Part shown: one piece after another, positions 47,787 to 58,033 of the stretch
How the letters are laid out: the number at the start of each line of letters is the position of its first letter
Position numbering within the stretch: position 1 is the first letter of the stretch
NCBI GenBank assembly: GCA_028288965.1
Contig: JAQGHD010000008.1
Span: 22,390-86,389 of the forward strand
Direction of reading: 5' to 3'
From: Candidatus Saccharimonadota bacterium
GTDB lineage: Bacteria; Patescibacteriota; Saccharimonadia; Saccharimonadales; JAQGHD01
Length of the DNA stretch: 64,000 bases
Notes under the pieces: generated by a model
The model's database searches: none
What the model saw: the letters and a program-made list of their open reading frames with translations, nothing else
What the model was told of the DNA's origin: nothing
Program-made: the position numbers and the translations under genes

Positions 47787-48365
47787 TTAGATAATTCGCT
47801 GGTGAAGCAACAGTAAAATTTGCGGATAGTGACTGGTAAACAGCCAAATGTCTACGACTGCCAGTGCGGGCAAAACCAACCAGTTTTCGGCAAACTTACC
47901 AGTTGTTACCCGTAAGGCTTTTAGTGGCGGAAAACCGAATTTTATGGGGATGGGCAGCAGCCACGGCACACCTTCTTTAGTAAATGAATCCATAACCAGG
48001 TGCGATGTCATGCCAATCATAAAAGCCCACCATATGTAGCCGATGTTGGTATGCGGCATCAGCGGGTGCACAAAGCTCAACAGCATTTTAGACAAAAACC
48101 CAAACAGCGCCAGTCCTAGAACAGAGTGAGTTAAAAAGCGGTGGCCGCCCATAAGGTTATCAAAAAACTTGCCAAATAAACGGGTAATTGGTAAGTTGCG
48201 CCAAAACGGTGCCGTTGGCTGGTCGATATCTGGCGTAATGCCGCCAATTTGATTAGCCAGGATAGCAATAATAGCTGTGCTGGGGGAAATGGTCCCAAAG
48301 GGATGCAGCAGCACCACGACACCAAGCGCGGTAATGGCGGCTAAATCGTGAGTACGGGCGGTCAT
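47787..48365 (-). CDS. Membrane-bound metal-dependent hydrolase (YdjM-like)
   Basis: MTARTH, PDID, GHRFLTHS, SHLVMD.FT..GVP. Confidence 0.88.
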   Translation of the reverse strand: MTARTHDLAAITALGVVVLLHPFGTISPSTAIIAILANQIGGITPDIDQPTAPFWRNLPITRLFGKFFDNLMGGHRFLTHSVLGLALFGFLSKMLLSFVHPLMPHTNIGYIWWAFMIGMTSHLVMDSFTKEGVPWLLPIPIKFGFPPLKALRVTTGKFAENWLVLPALAVVDIWLFTSHYPQILLLLHQRII

Positions 48366-48386
48366 CCACCCTATTATACGCGGTGC

Positions 48387-48653
48387 TTATGGTTCGTGCT
48401 GGCGAAGTCGTCGACGCTGTCTTATAATTCGGCGGCGTTCCCGCTCGCTGGCACCGCCCCAGACGCCATGTTCAATGCGATTTTCTAAGGCGTATTCCAA
48501 GCACTGTTCTTGCACTGGGCAGGCTTGACAGGTTGCCTTCACAGCTTCCACGCCCAAGCCGTCAGATGGGAAATAGTCGTTCGGACCATCACCTCGACAT
48601 TTGGCTTTTTCCATCCATAATTCATCATCTGGGAAAATAGGTTCTGGTTCCAT
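48387..48653 (-). CDS. whiB: WhiB family (Wbl) Fe-S transcriptional regulator
   Basis: Four Cys (C..CxxCP...C), HGVWGG turn, basic tail. Confidence 0.92.
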   Translation of the reverse strand: MEPEPIFPDDELWMEKAKCRGDGPNDYFPSDGLGVEAVKATCQACPVQEQCLEYALENRIEHGVWGGASERERRRIIRQRRRLRQHEP

Positions 48654-48748
48654 AGTAAATGTACACTACGCGTTTTCTATAATAATTGCAAGAAAAAGCA
48701 AACTAGCCCTTATCTTTACGTGTGTACCCCTGTATACTGTCAGATGAC

Positions 48749-50542
48749 ATGAACCAAAGTTTTATTCGAAATTTTTGTATTATTGCTCATATTGACCACG
48801 GCAAATCAACCCTGGCTGATAGGCTACTGGAGCTGACTGGCACCATCGAAAAGCGCAACATGCGGGCGCAGCTGCTGGACCGTATGGATTTGGAGCGCGA
48901 GAAGGGCATTACCATAAAGCTGGCACCAGTGCGCATGGATTACACCCAAGATGGTCAAACGTATCAGCTCAATCTTATTGACACGCCTGGACATGTGGAT
49001 TTTAGTTATGAAGTGTCGCGCAGCCTAGAGGCTTGCGAAGGCGCCGTCTTGGTGGTGGATGCCACCCAGGGCATTCAAGCTCAAACCCTGGCTAATGTGT
49101 ATTTGGCTATGGATGCCGACCTAAAAATCATACCGGTTATGAACAAAATTGATTTGCCGGCCGCCGACCCTGTAAAAGTTTCGGCCGAAATAGTCGGACT
49201 GTTGGGTTGCAAACCAGAAGACATCTTGCATATCTCGGCCAAGACCGGTCAAGGCGTTGAAGCCGTCTTGCAAGCCGTGATTGAGCAGGTGCCGGCGCCG
49301 AATGGTCACGCTGATCAGCCAGCCAGAGCGCTGATATTTGATAGTTATTACGATGATTACCGGGGCGTTATTTTGTACGTGCGCGCCAAAGATGGTCAGA
49401 TAGCTAAAAATGCTGGCATAACCATGCTGGCTACCAGCGCCCAAGGTATTGCTCTGGAAACCGGAGCGCTTAAGCCGGATATGAAAGCGCTGCCGGCCAT
49501 TCACACAGGCGAGATTGGCTACATTGTGACCAACCTAAAAAGCACTCGTCAGGCTCGGGTTGGCGATACCGTCACGCTCACCAGCCAGCCAGCCAAGCAA
49601 GCCCTGCCGGGGTATAAAGACATTCATCCGTTTGTCTATGCTGGCTTTTTCCCAGATAGCAACGAAAACTATCAATTGCTAAAAGACGCCATAGAAAAAC
49701 TTTCTCTAAGTGATTCGGCGCTACAGTATTCGCTAGAAAATTCTCCAGTCCTGGGCTTTGGTGTGCGGGTTGGTTTTTTGGGGCTGCTGCACATGGACAT
49801 TGTCCGCGAACGGCTAGAGCGGGAGTATGATCTTGAGCTGGTGGTGACCAATCCCTCTACGGATTACCAGATTACCCTACTCAATAACGAAGAAGTAGAC
49901 ATAAAAAGTGCTGCCGACTTGCCCGATCCTGCCAATATTAAAGAAATTCGTGAGCCATGGATAAAGGGCGAGGTAGTAGTCCCAAAGGATTACGTCGGCA
50001 ACGTCATTCAGCTTATCTCCGCTAAGCGTGGCTTGCAAAAGAACCTCAGCTACGTGGATGCCCAATTGGCAGTGTTGACTTTTGAAGCGCCGTTGGCCAA
50101 CCTGCTAACTGATTTTTATGATCAACTCAAGAGCGTCACCAGTGGCTACGGATCGTTTAATTACGAACTGGCCGGCTACCAGGCCGAGGATTTAGTAAAG
50201 CTAGATTTTTATGTGGCTGGTGAGCGCGTCGATGCCCTGAGCATTATGGTCCACCGCAGTGAATCGCAGCGCTTGGGTCGCGAAGTGGTAGAGAAACTCA
50301 AAGAAGTTATTCCACGCCAACAGTTCCAGGTAAGCTTGCAGGCAGCCATTGGTGGTAAGTTCATTGCCCGTGAAGACATTAGCGCTTTTAGAAAAGACGT
50401 TACCACTGGATTATATGGTGGTGATGTATCGCGTAAGAAAAAAGTGCTCGCCAAACAAGCCAAGGGTAAAAAACGGATGAAGCGCTTTGGCAAGGTAGAC
50501 ATTCCGGCCGACGCCTTTACGGTTATGCTCAAACGTGACTAG
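48749..50542 (+). CDS. lepA: Elongation factor 4
   Basis: IRNFCIIAHIDHGKSTLADR, GFLGLLH, YGGD..RK.K..KQ..GKKRMK. Confidence 0.98.
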   Translation: MNQSFIRNFCIIAHIDHGKSTLADRLLELTGTIEKRNMRAQLLDRMDLEREKGITIKLAPVRMDYTQDGQTYQLNLIDTPGHVDFSYEVSRSLEACEGAVLVVDATQGIQAQTLANVYLAMDADLKIIPVMNKIDLPAADPVKVSAEIVGLLGCKPEDILHISAKTGQGVEAVLQAVIEQVPAPNGHADQPARALIFDSYYDDYRGVILYVRAKDGQIAKNAGITMLATSAQGIALETGALKPDMKALPAIHTGEIGYIVTNLKSTRQARVGDTVTLTSQPAKQALPGYKDIHPFVYAGFFPDSNENYQLLKDAIEKLSLSDSALQYSLENSPVLGFGVRVGFLGLLHMDIVRERLEREYDLELVVTNPSTDYQITLLNNEEVDIKSAADLPDPANIKEIREPWIKGEVVVPKDYVGNVIQLISAKRGLQKNLSYVDAQLAVLTFEAPLANLLTDFYDQLKSVTSGYGSFNYELAGYQAEDLVKLDFYVAGERVDALSIMVHRSESQRLGREVVEKLKEVIPRQQFQVSLQAAIGGKFIAREDISAFRKDVTTGLYGGDVSRKKKVLAKQAKGKKRMKRFGKVDIPADAFTVMLKRD

Positions 50543-50599
50543 TCGCTGACAAAAGCCTGATATCTACTCAATATGTTTTGTTTCTGCTATATATGTATT

Positions 50600-51343
50600 A
50601 TGGGTACACTCGTTCATTTAGATGAGTTTAAGACTTTATTGCAGAATTACTCCGTTTCGGAAGCCACCAAGCAGGCACTTAAACGGATAGATTTTGTGGC
50701 GCTGGTGGCGCCTACTTCTTCCGGGCGCAACACTATTATTCGCGAACTGCTCAAGACGGGGAACTATCGCTTTGTGGTTTCTGATACCACTCGGGCGCCG
50801 CGTGAAAACGATGGGATCATGGAGCGAGATGGCGTGGAATATTGGTTTAGGTCAGAAGAAGAAGTCTTGATTGAACTACGTGCCGGCGAGATGCTAGAGG
50901 CGGCAGTTATACATAACCAACAAATTTCGGGCATAAGTTTGCGTGAGCTTAAGACGGCCATTACCGAAGATAAAATTGCCATTACCGATATGGAGATTAT
51001 GGGCGTGGCAACTATAAAGCGGTTAAAACCAGATGCCAAAGTGATTTATGTTTTACCACCAGGGTTTGAGGAGTGGCAGCGCCGTCTCATGCACCGCGGC
51101 AAGATGACAAAACCTGAACTGCAGCGCCGTATGGAAAGCGCCAGTCAAGAACTGGCTGCCGCCCTGCAACACGATTACTACCTGTTTGTCGTTAATGACG
51201 ATGTAGATCGCGCCGCCGAAGTCATCAACAGTATTGCTCGCTTTGATAGTGTCAATAACGTGGAACAAACTCGTGGCCGTCAGATTGCCGAGCAGCTATA
51301 TATAGAAACTCGTACTTTCCTCGGCGCTAAACAAACCAGCTAG
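50600..51343 (+). CDS. gmk: Guanylate kinase-like protein
   Basis: APTSSGRNT, SDTTRAPREND...GVEYWF, LPP, VVNDD. Confidence 0.8.
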   Translation: MGTLVHLDEFKTLLQNYSVSEATKQALKRIDFVALVAPTSSGRNTIIRELLKTGNYRFVVSDTTRAPRENDGIMERDGVEYWFRSEEEVLIELRAGEMLEAAVIHNQQISGISLRELKTAITEDKIAITDMEIMGVATIKRLKPDAKVIYVLPPGFEEWQRRLMHRGKMTKPELQRRMESASQELAAALQHDYYLFVVNDDVDRAAEVINSIARFDSVNNVEQTRGRQIAEQLYIETRTFLGAKQTS

Positions 51344-51370
51344 CTAGCACTCTTGACTCGTGAGTGCTAA
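51344..51370. promoter_or_regulatory. CIRCE element (HrcA operator) 1
   Basis: CTAGCACTC-N9-GAGTGCTAA. Confidence 0.95.
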
Positions 51371-51390
51371 TTGCACTAAAATGTGAGGTA

Positions 51391-51417
51391 CTAGCACTGT
51401 AGGAGTGTGAGTGCAAA
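51391..51417. promoter_or_regulatory. CIRCE element 2, overlapping the hrcA RBS
   Basis: CTAGCACTG-N9-GAGTGCAAA. Confidence 0.8.
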
Positions 51418-51419
51418 AT

Positions 51420-52124
51420 ATGACTGACCGACAGAGTAAAATTCTAGCCGCCATCGTCGAGCAATACGCCGAAGTTGCCAGCCCAGTAGGTTCTAGCTTA
51501 TTGGCCAAGGCTTTTAGCGTCAGTTCGGCGACTGTTCGGGCCGAAATGGCCCAGCTAGAAGAGCACGGCTTCATTATGCAACCTCATACCAGTGCCGGAC
51601 GGGTGCCAACAGATAAAGGCTACCGTTATTACGTTAACAATTTACACGCCCAAAAGCCGTCCATGGCTGATCGTCGTGGCGAGCGTGCCCTGACTGCTCG
51701 GCTAGCTGAAGGAAATGTTCCGGAGCGAACTATTCGTAACGCTGTAGACACCCTTGTGGAGCTGACGCATAACTTAGGCCTAGCAACCATTGGTGACCAA
51801 TTGTACATGAGCGGGCTCAGCAACTTGTTTGGCCAGCCGGAATTCATGAATCGCAACCAGGTCCAAGAGGTTGCTAGGTTGCTAGACAACTTAGAGCCCT
51901 GGATCCGCGAAGCTGCTCCCAACGAACCGCTCAGCGTATTTATCGGTCGAGAAAACCCAATTGGCCGTGGTGCCGGTTGCTCACTGATCATTAGCCGCTT
52001 TCGCAGTCCGTATAGTGATCGCAGCTACATTGGCATGCTGGGCCCAACTCGCCAAAGCTACCGAGATGTCATGACCCTGGTCCAGCACGCCGGCGAAGCT
52101 TTAGAGGAAGTTTTGTATGGATAA
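51420..52124 (+). CDS. hrcA: Heat-inducible repressor HrcA (short form)
   Basis: PVGS, SSATVR.EM..LE..G...QPHTSAGRVPT.KGYR; GPTR. Confidence 0.95.
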   Translation: MTDRQSKILAAIVEQYAEVASPVGSSLLAKAFSVSSATVRAEMAQLEEHGFIMQPHTSAGRVPTDKGYRYYVNNLHAQKPSMADRRGERALTARLAEGNVPERTIRNAVDTLVELTHNLGLATIGDQLYMSGLSNLFGQPEFMNRNQVQEVARLLDNLEPWIREAAPNEPLSVFIGRENPIGRGAGCSLIISRFRSPYSDRSYIGMLGPTRQSYRDVMTLVQHAGEALEEVLYG

Positions 52125-52401
52125 TGCTGATTACGAGATGTCGCCGGATAAATTCATGAGTGAGTTGGATATTCTGGCTGCTTATGCCCAAGCTATCCAG
52201 CAAGACGATGCGTATTACCGAGAGTTTGATAGCTGGTTAATGCGGGGTCGGCAGGGTGAACCGCCTGTTGACGTAAACGCAGTAGGTGAACTAAACAATG
52301 TTCTCACTGGACAAGGAGTTCCAACGCCAGTCATTGTTGTTCAAAGAGAAAAAGCTTATCAGCTCATTGAGTCACTTGGCCAGGAGGCAAAGAATGATTA
52401 A
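52117..52401 (+). CDS. Hypothetical protein inside the dnaK operon
   Basis: Overlaps the hrcA stop and the grpE start. Confidence 0.7.
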   Translation: MDNADYEMSPDKFMSELDILAAYAQAIQQDDAYYREFDSWLMRGRQGEPPVDVNAVGELNNVLTGQGVPTPVIVVQREKAYQLIESLGQEAKND

Positions 52402-52879
52402 GAAGCAACAGCAACCGCCTATGGAAGACCAGCTGTTGGAAATGCAGCAGCAAATCGGCGAACTAACTGAGGCCCTGCAGCGCGAGCGGGCTGATGCTGC
52501 CAACTTGCGCCGCCGCCATGATGAGCAAATTAGCGGACTCAAAACAATGGTCAAGGCCAACGTGGTCCGTGAGTTGTTACCAGCTCTAGATAACCTGGAG
52601 CGTTCCCTCAAGCATGTGCCCAAAGGTCTAGAGAAGAACGACTACGTCAAAGGTGTGCACGCGACCGCTAAACAGTTTGAGAAAACTCTCAACGACATGG
52701 GCGTACACCGCATCCCCACCGTGGGCCAAGTGTTTAACCCGCGTCTACATGAAGCAGTGGCCATGGAAGAAGGAGCCGGCACGGTTGAAGTCGTAGCGCA
52801 GGAACTTCAACCCGGTTACACCTTGGGCAACGAAGTTATCCGCCACGCCATGGTGCGAGTAAAGATGGAGGAAAAGTAA
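52394..52879 (+). CDS. grpE: Nucleotide exchange factor GrpE
   Basis: RERAD..N.RRR, LLPALDNLER, FNP..HEAV, GY.L...VIR.AMV.V; AGGAGG SD. Confidence 0.93.
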   Translation: MIKKQQQPPMEDQLLEMQQQIGELTEALQRERADAANLRRRHDEQISGLKTMVKANVVRELLPALDNLERSLKHVPKGLEKNDYVKGVHATAKQFEKTLNDMGVHRIPTVGQVFNPRLHEAVAMEEGAGTVEVVAQELQPGYTLGNEVIRHAMVRVKMEEK

Positions 52880-53259
52880 TGGCATCACCAAATCTATCAC
52901 GAACATGTAACGAAAACTGTGTAATTGATAATCCGGATATGACATATTCAGGATCCCCAATAGTCTTGGGACCTGAGGGTCAAAATGCAACCAGAGAAGA
53001 AGCTTTTTTCAGTGCAAGAATGGTGCTCGCAAGAATTTTAGTCGTATACGGTACTGATAAAATTTCGACAGGTGAACATGATACAGAAGGACAGGAAGTA
53101 TTTACGTTAGCTCGAGAATGTCTACAAAGGATTAAAAATGGAGACTGCGGAACATACATTCTAAATACAGAACAGTATCCAGGATACCCCGAAGCATTAA
53201 TCAGTTATGAAGATGCAAAAAATAGATTAGGAATTAAAGAAGGAGAAAACGATGGGTAA
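52879..53259 (+). CDS. Hypothetical protein inside the dnaK operon
   Basis: TAATG coupling to grpE, GGAGG SD. Confidence 0.7.
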   Translation: MASPNLSRTCNENCVIDNPDMTYSGSPIVLGPEGQNATREEAFFSARMVLARILVVYGTDKISTGEHDTEGQEVFTLARECLQRIKNGDCGTYILNTEQYPGYPEALISYEDAKNRLGIKEGENDG

Positions 53260-53413
53260 CGAATCATTTCCATCAGAAAACGTTCGAGGATTAGACTTTC
53301 AGCCTAAAGTTGGCGATTTGTTTGATGATGGCCGAGCTATTTGCACAACCGACAATGGCGCTAACAATCCCCCAGGAATATTGAGGCATCCTAACCACGG
53401 GGAAACCAAATGA
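53252..53413 (+). CDS. Small hypothetical protein (53 aa, not in ORF track)
   Basis: AAGGAG SD; MGNESFPSEN...HGETK; ATGA overlap with the next ORF. Confidence 0.55.
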   Translation: MGNESFPSENVRGLDFQPKVGDLFDDGRAICTTDNGANNPPGILRHPNHGETK

Positions 53414-53628
53414 GTGAACGATTGAGTCTATGGCCACCAAAACGGAGGCGTCAACAAGTAGAAGCTTTGGTAACTCGGCAAATTGTTGAACCAGCGTTAG
53501 AGCGAGAAGCAAACTTTACGAGAAAGGCTGATGAGGTGACCGCGTCGTTGGCATGGTTTGAAGCTTCAGTCAATCTGTTGGACGGGATAGTAAAAGGAGA
53601 AATAATAATTGATCCAGAAGGAGAATAA
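53410..53628 (+). CDS. Hypothetical protein inside the dnaK operon
   Basis: Translationally coupled ORF. Confidence 0.6.
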   Translation: MSERLSLWPPKRRRQQVEALVTRQIVEPALEREANFTRKADEVTASLAWFEASVNLLDGIVKGEIIIDPEGE

Positions 53629-53631
53629 ATT

Positions 53632-53898
53632 ATGGGAAAAATGAAAGAATTGTTCACTAGAGACAAGCAGGAACTAACTGCTTCGAGAACTTTTACAGAG
53701 TCTATGGAACAGCGTGCCAAGGAATGTGCCGGGGTGCTCATTGATGCTTATTTTCAAGGAACTGACCCTATGACTGGAGTCAAGCTTTCACCAGAGTTAC
53801 ATGCAGCAATCGCGCCCTTTGCTTTGGAACAATTTATGAAACAAGTTCACGAATTAGCAGAGATAGAAATGAACGCACTAGGAGGCAATCATGAGTAA
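53632..53898 (+). CDS. Hypothetical protein inside the dnaK operon
   Basis: AAGGAG SD; overlaps the dnaK start. Confidence 0.65.
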   Translation: MGKMKELFTRDKQELTASRTFTESMEQRAKECAGVLIDAYFQGTDPMTGVKLSPELHAAIAPFALEQFMKQVHELAEIEMNALGGNHE

Positions 53899-55816
53899 AA
53901 TTATAGGAATTGATTTAGGAACAACAAACTCGGCAATGGCGGTCATGCAGTCCGGTAAGCCGGAGATTATCGCCAACAGCGAGGGTGCACGTACCACGCC
54001 CAGTGTGGTGGCTATGAGTAAAAACGGTGAGCGTTTGGTGGGCCAAGTGGCCCGTCGCCAACAGGTCACTAACCCCAAGAACACGATTTATGAGGTCAAA
54101 CGCCTGATTGGCCGACGTTGGGAAGACAAAGAAGTCCAACGCGACCTTAAGCTGATGGGCTACGAAATGGTCAAGAGCGGCACTGGCGTAAAAGTAAAAA
54201 TGGACGGCAAAGAATACAGCCCAGAGGAAATCTCTGGCATGATCCTGGGCAAACTCAAGGCCGATGCCGAAAGTTTCCTTGGCGAACCAGTGACAGAGGC
54301 TGTCATTACCGTGCCAGCTTACTTTGATGATAGCCAGCGCCAAGCTACCAAGGACGCCGGTAAAATTGCCGGGCTAGAAGTAAAGCGCATTATTAACGAA
54401 CCAACCGCTGCCGCTTTGGCGTACGGACTCGATCAGAAAAAAGAAGAAAAGATTGCCGTCTTTGACCTAGGTGGCGGTACTTTTGATGTTTCTATTTTGG
54501 AACTAGGCGACGGCGTCTTTGAAGTAAAGAGTACCAATGGTGATACGCACCTGGGCGGGGCCGACTTTGACCGGGCCATTGTGAACTACCTGCGTGATGA
54601 GTTCAAAAAAGAGCACGGCGTGGACGTCAGCGACGATAACGCTGCCATGCAGCGCCTGCGTGACGAGGCCGAAAAAGCCAAGATTGAGCTATCTACCACC
54701 AGCGAGATTAACATTAACTTGCCGTTTCTGACCGCAGATGCCAGCGGGCCCAAGCACTTTGAGCACAAGCTGACCCGCGCTAAGTTGGAACAACTGGTGG
54801 GTGAGTTAGTAGAAAAGACCGCTGTACCGTGTGAAAAAGCTTTAAAGGACGCCGGCCTCAAGGCCAGTGACATCAATGAAGTGGTGCTGGTAGGTGGGAT
54901 GACCCGCATGCCGGCTGTGCAAGAAAAGGTTAAGAAAATCTTTGGCAAAGAACCGCTCAAGGGCGTCAACCCGGATGAAGTCGTGGCCATTGGTGCCGCC
55001 ATTCAAGGTGGTGTATTGCAGGGTGACGTCAAAGACGTGCTGCTGCTAGACGTGACGCCGCTAAGTTTGGGCATTGAAACCCTCGGTGGGGTGGCTACCA
55101 AGCTAATTGAGCGCAACACTACTATTCCAACTAGCAAGAGCGAAGTTTTTAGTACCGCTGCCGATAGCCAACCACAGGTAGAAATCCATGTGGTGCAGGG
55201 TGAGCGCGAAATGGTCGGGGACAACAAAACCCTGGGCCGATTCATCCTAGACGGTATTCCTAGTGCGCCGCGCGGTGTGCCGCAGATAGAAGTGACCTTT
55301 AATATCGATGCCAATGGTATCTTAAATGTGACGGCTAAGGACAAAGGTTCTGGCAAAGAACAGAGCATTACCATTCAAAACAGTGGTAACCTGGACAAAG
55401 CCGAGGTAGAAAAAGCGGCCAAAGAAGCCGAAACTCACGCCGAAGAAGACAAGAAAAAGCGTGAAGCGGTAGATGCCAAGAACATTCTGGACACATCCAT
55501 TTACCAAGCCGAAAAGATGAAGCTAGAGCACAAAGACAAGCTAGCTGAGGAAGACGTCAAGACCATAGACGAAGCCGTGGCTGAAGCCAAAAAGAAGTTG
55601 GAAAGTACTGATAAGGACGAACTAGAAGCAGCCGGCAAAGCGCTAAATGATAAGATTATGCCGATTGGCGCTAAAATGTACGAGCAAGCCGCTAAGGACG
55701 AAAAGCCAGCCGAAGACGTTGCCGCGGACCAAGCCGAGTCTGGCGACAAAAAGGACAGCAAAGACGACAAAGACGTCCAAGAAGGCGAAGTGGTAGACTC
55801 AGAAAAGGATAAATAA
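53891..55816 (+). CDS. dnaK: Chaperone DnaK
   Basis: [43 protein letters not shown]. Confidence 0.99.
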   Translation: MSKIIGIDLGTTNSAMAVMQSGKPEIIANSEGARTTPSVVAMSKNGERLVGQVARRQQVTNPKNTIYEVKRLIGRRWEDKEVQRDLKLMGYEMVKSGTGVKVKMDGKEYSPEEISGMILGKLKADAESFLGEPVTEAVITVPAYFDDSQRQATKDAGKIAGLEVKRIINEPTAAALAYGLDQKKEEKIAVFDLGGGTFDVSILELGDGVFEVKSTNGDTHLGGADFDRAIVNYLRDEFKKEHGVDVSDDNAAMQRLRDEAEKAKIELSTTSEININLPFLTADASGPKHFEHKLTRAKLEQLVGELVEKTAVPCEKALKDAGLKASDINEVVLVGGMTRMPAVQEKVKKIFGKEPLKGVNPDEVVAIGAAIQGGVLQGDVKDVLLLDVTPLSLGIETLGGVATKLIERNTTIPTSKSEVFSTAADSQPQVEIHVVQGEREMVGDNKTLGRFILDGIPSAPRGVPQIEVTFNIDANGILNVTAKDKGSGKEQSITIQNSGNLDKAEVEKAAKEAETHAEEDKKKREAVDAKNILDTSIYQAEKMKLEHKDKLAEEDVKTIDEAVAEAKKKLESTDKDELEAAGKALNDKIMPIGAKMYEQAAKDEKPAEDVAADQAESGDKKDSKDDKDVQEGEVVDSEKDK

Positions 55817-55826
55817 GGAGTTGAGC

Positions 55827-56285
55827 ATGGAACCACGAATCGGACAAGAAACCAACTTTACCCAGCTAAAAGAAGAAGCATTCCGGAATCGGGCTACGGT
55901 TGAAACCGAAAGCGGCACATATCTAATTGTTGAAATACCAGATGAAGATGGCGCCATAGGGTGGATGGAGGAGCTGCATGGACTTGGCGTGGCACAAATA
56001 GGTCAAAGGTTAATCATTGAAGCAGACTTCAGGCATCACACAAGACGGAATCGCTTGCACGATGTGCTAAGTGCAGATTTAACAACCCAAGCAGTAAGCC
56101 ATACCCGCTATATTGATGGCCAAGTAAGCTCAGAGCCTTCAGATCCTAGAACTGCCAAGAGGTTAGTCGCAGATTACTTAGTAGAAGCCAGCACAGGTTC
56201 ACGACTTGGACTCATGACGCAGCTGTCCTACGAGTTCTTCACTCCCGAGCTTCAGCAGGCGGCTGCCATCAACCATGAGGAATAG
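55827..56285 (+). CDS. Hypothetical protein between dnaK and dnaJ
   Basis: AAGGAG SD 6 nt before ATG 55827. Confidence 0.7.
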   Translation: MEPRIGQETNFTQLKEEAFRNRATVETESGTYLIVEIPDEDGAIGWMEELHGLGVAQIGQRLIIEADFRHHTRRNRLHDVLSADLTTQAVSHTRYIDGQVSSEPSDPRTAKRLVADYLVEASTGSRLGLMTQLSYEFFTPELQQAAAINHEE

Positions 56286-56287
56286 AC

Positions 56288-56839
56288 ATGCTCCAAAATA
56301 GTTCACCACCTCCATTCCAAGAACGACTGGATGAAAATATACAAAGGTTATCGACGTATTTGCCCGAACGCTCCGCTGAGATTCAGCCTGCTGGCTCTTT
56401 CCGCACCCTAGAGGGCAGCATTGACCAGCACTGGGCCAGGCTAGAAGATGGAATTGACCACGAAAAAGAGACGCCAGTCGTGATTTTGGAAGTGCCGGCT
56501 ATAGATCTGGACTATTTGACCCGTCGGCGATATAGATACTATCCTCACCAGCAAAAACTGGAGGCGTATGTCTTGATCAGCCCATCAGTTAACGAAGACG
56601 GGCCACGAATAAAGGGGGCCGATCCGCAGGAGGTAAGAAGCCGAGATTGGCGAGTTCTCATGGGAGAGTGGGAGGCTCTTAAGGATGAGCAAGCTACAGG
56701 CATAAATGTGGCGACAATAGTCGATTGGGAAACTTTTACTGGGTTACTTGAAAAGTTTAAGCCGCAGAGGAAGAGTTGGCTGACGAGTATTCGGGATCAT
56801 CATATACGTATACGTAAAACTCGCAGCACTGACCTATAA
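56288..56839 (+). CDS. Hypothetical protein between dnaK and dnaJ
   Basis: GAGG SD; 183-aa ORF. Confidence 0.7.
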   Translation: MLQNSSPPPFQERLDENIQRLSTYLPERSAEIQPAGSFRTLEGSIDQHWARLEDGIDHEKETPVVILEVPAIDLDYLTRRRYRYYPHQQKLEAYVLISPSVNEDGPRIKGADPQEVRSRDWRVLMGEWEALKDEQATGINVATIVDWETFTGLLEKFKPQRKSWLTSIRDHHIRIRKTRSTDL

Positions 56840-56902
56840 TGAGCGAACACACCAGACAGGCGCGACGCGAGGCTTTTATGAAATATTCACAAAAGGAAAT
56901 AG

Positions 56903-58033
56903 ATGGCTAAACGAGATTATTACGACGTACTAGGTGTAGGCAAGTCTGCCAGTGCGGATGAGATTAAAAAATCTTTCCGCCGTTTGGCTGTGCAGTACCA
57001 TCCTGACAAAGAGGGTGGCAACGAAGATAAATTCAAAGAGATAAACGAAGCCTACGAAGTGCTCAAGGATGAAAGCAAGCGTAAACGCTATGATCAATTT
57101 GGCCACGCCGGTGTTGGCAGTAGTGCGGCCAGTGATGGTGGCAATCCGTATGCCGGGTTTGGTGGTTTTGGTGGCGCTGGCGGCCAAGGCCAGCGAGTCA
57201 ATTTTGATTTTGGCGATTTAGGCTTAGGTGATATTTTTGAAAGCTTTTTTAGTGGCGGCATGGGCGGTCAAGCTAATGGACAGCAAAGACAGGCTCGCGG
57301 GCGTGATGTAGAAACGGCCATTGAACTCACCTTTGAACAAGCCGTGTTCGGTACCAAAATAGACCTGCGACTTAACTTAGAAGATACCTGCGAGCACTGC
57401 AAGGGTACAACTGTAGAACCAGGCTATGAGCTTAAAACCTGCCCCAACTGTAAAGGCAGTGGCCAGGTGGTAAACGTTATGCGCACCGTATTTGGTAACA
57501 TCCAGCAAGCGGCCGTCTGTCCTGTTTGTAAGGGCCGCGGCAAAGTGCCAGAAAAAGTCTGCACTGTTTGTAAGGGCAAAGGCACGCAGCGTAAGGAGCA
57601 AGACATTACGCTAAAAGTACCAGCCGGTATAGACGATGGTGCTACTATCCGTTTACGAGAACATGGCGAGGCCGTGGCCAATGGCCCCAAAGGTGATTTG
57701 TACGTGAATGTGCGCGTCAAACCGCACAAAAAATTCACCCGTGAGGGTGATCTGATCTTGAGTGACGATACGGTGGGAATGGTAGAAGCGGCCCTAGGCG
57801 CCGAAATAGAAGTTGAGACCGTAGATGGCCCAGTAAAAATGAAAGTGCCGGCCGGTACTCAAAGCGGCACCGACTTTAAGCTATCGGGCCACGGCGTGCC
57901 GCACCTGCGCGGTAACACGCGCGGTGCCCACATTGTGACTATTAATGTAGAGACACCCACAAAACTGACTAAGCACCAACAACAGCTATTGCAAGACTTT
58001 CAGAACCAGCCAAAAAAGCACGGGCTGTTTTAA
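56903..58033 (+). CDS. dnaJ: Chaperone DnaJ
   Basis: J-domain HPD, G/F region, four CxxCxGxG-type motifs. Confidence 0.98.
   Translation: MAKRDYYDVLGVGKSASADEIKKSFRRLAVQYHPDKEGGNEDKFKEINEAYEVLKDESKRKRYDQFGHAGVGSSAASDGGNPYAGFGGFGGAGGQGQRVNFDFGDLGLGDIFESFFSGGMGGQANGQQRQARGRDVETAIELTFEQAVFGTKIDLRLNLEDTCEHCKGTTVEPGYELKTCPNCKGSGQVVNVMRTVFGNIQQAAVCPVCKGRGKVPEKVCTVCKGKGTQRKEQDITLKVPAGIDDGATIRLREHGEAVANGPKGDLYVNVRVKPHKKFTREGDLILSDDTVGMVEAALGAEIEVETVDGPVKMKVPAGTQSGTDFKLSGHGVPHLRGNTRGAHIVTINVETPTKLTKHQQQLLQDFQNQPKKHGLF

Noticed and set aside
43404..55836. Long antisense ORFs opposite ftsH, lepA, hrcA and dnaK
   Set aside because: Shadow frames of conserved genes, explained by codon bias
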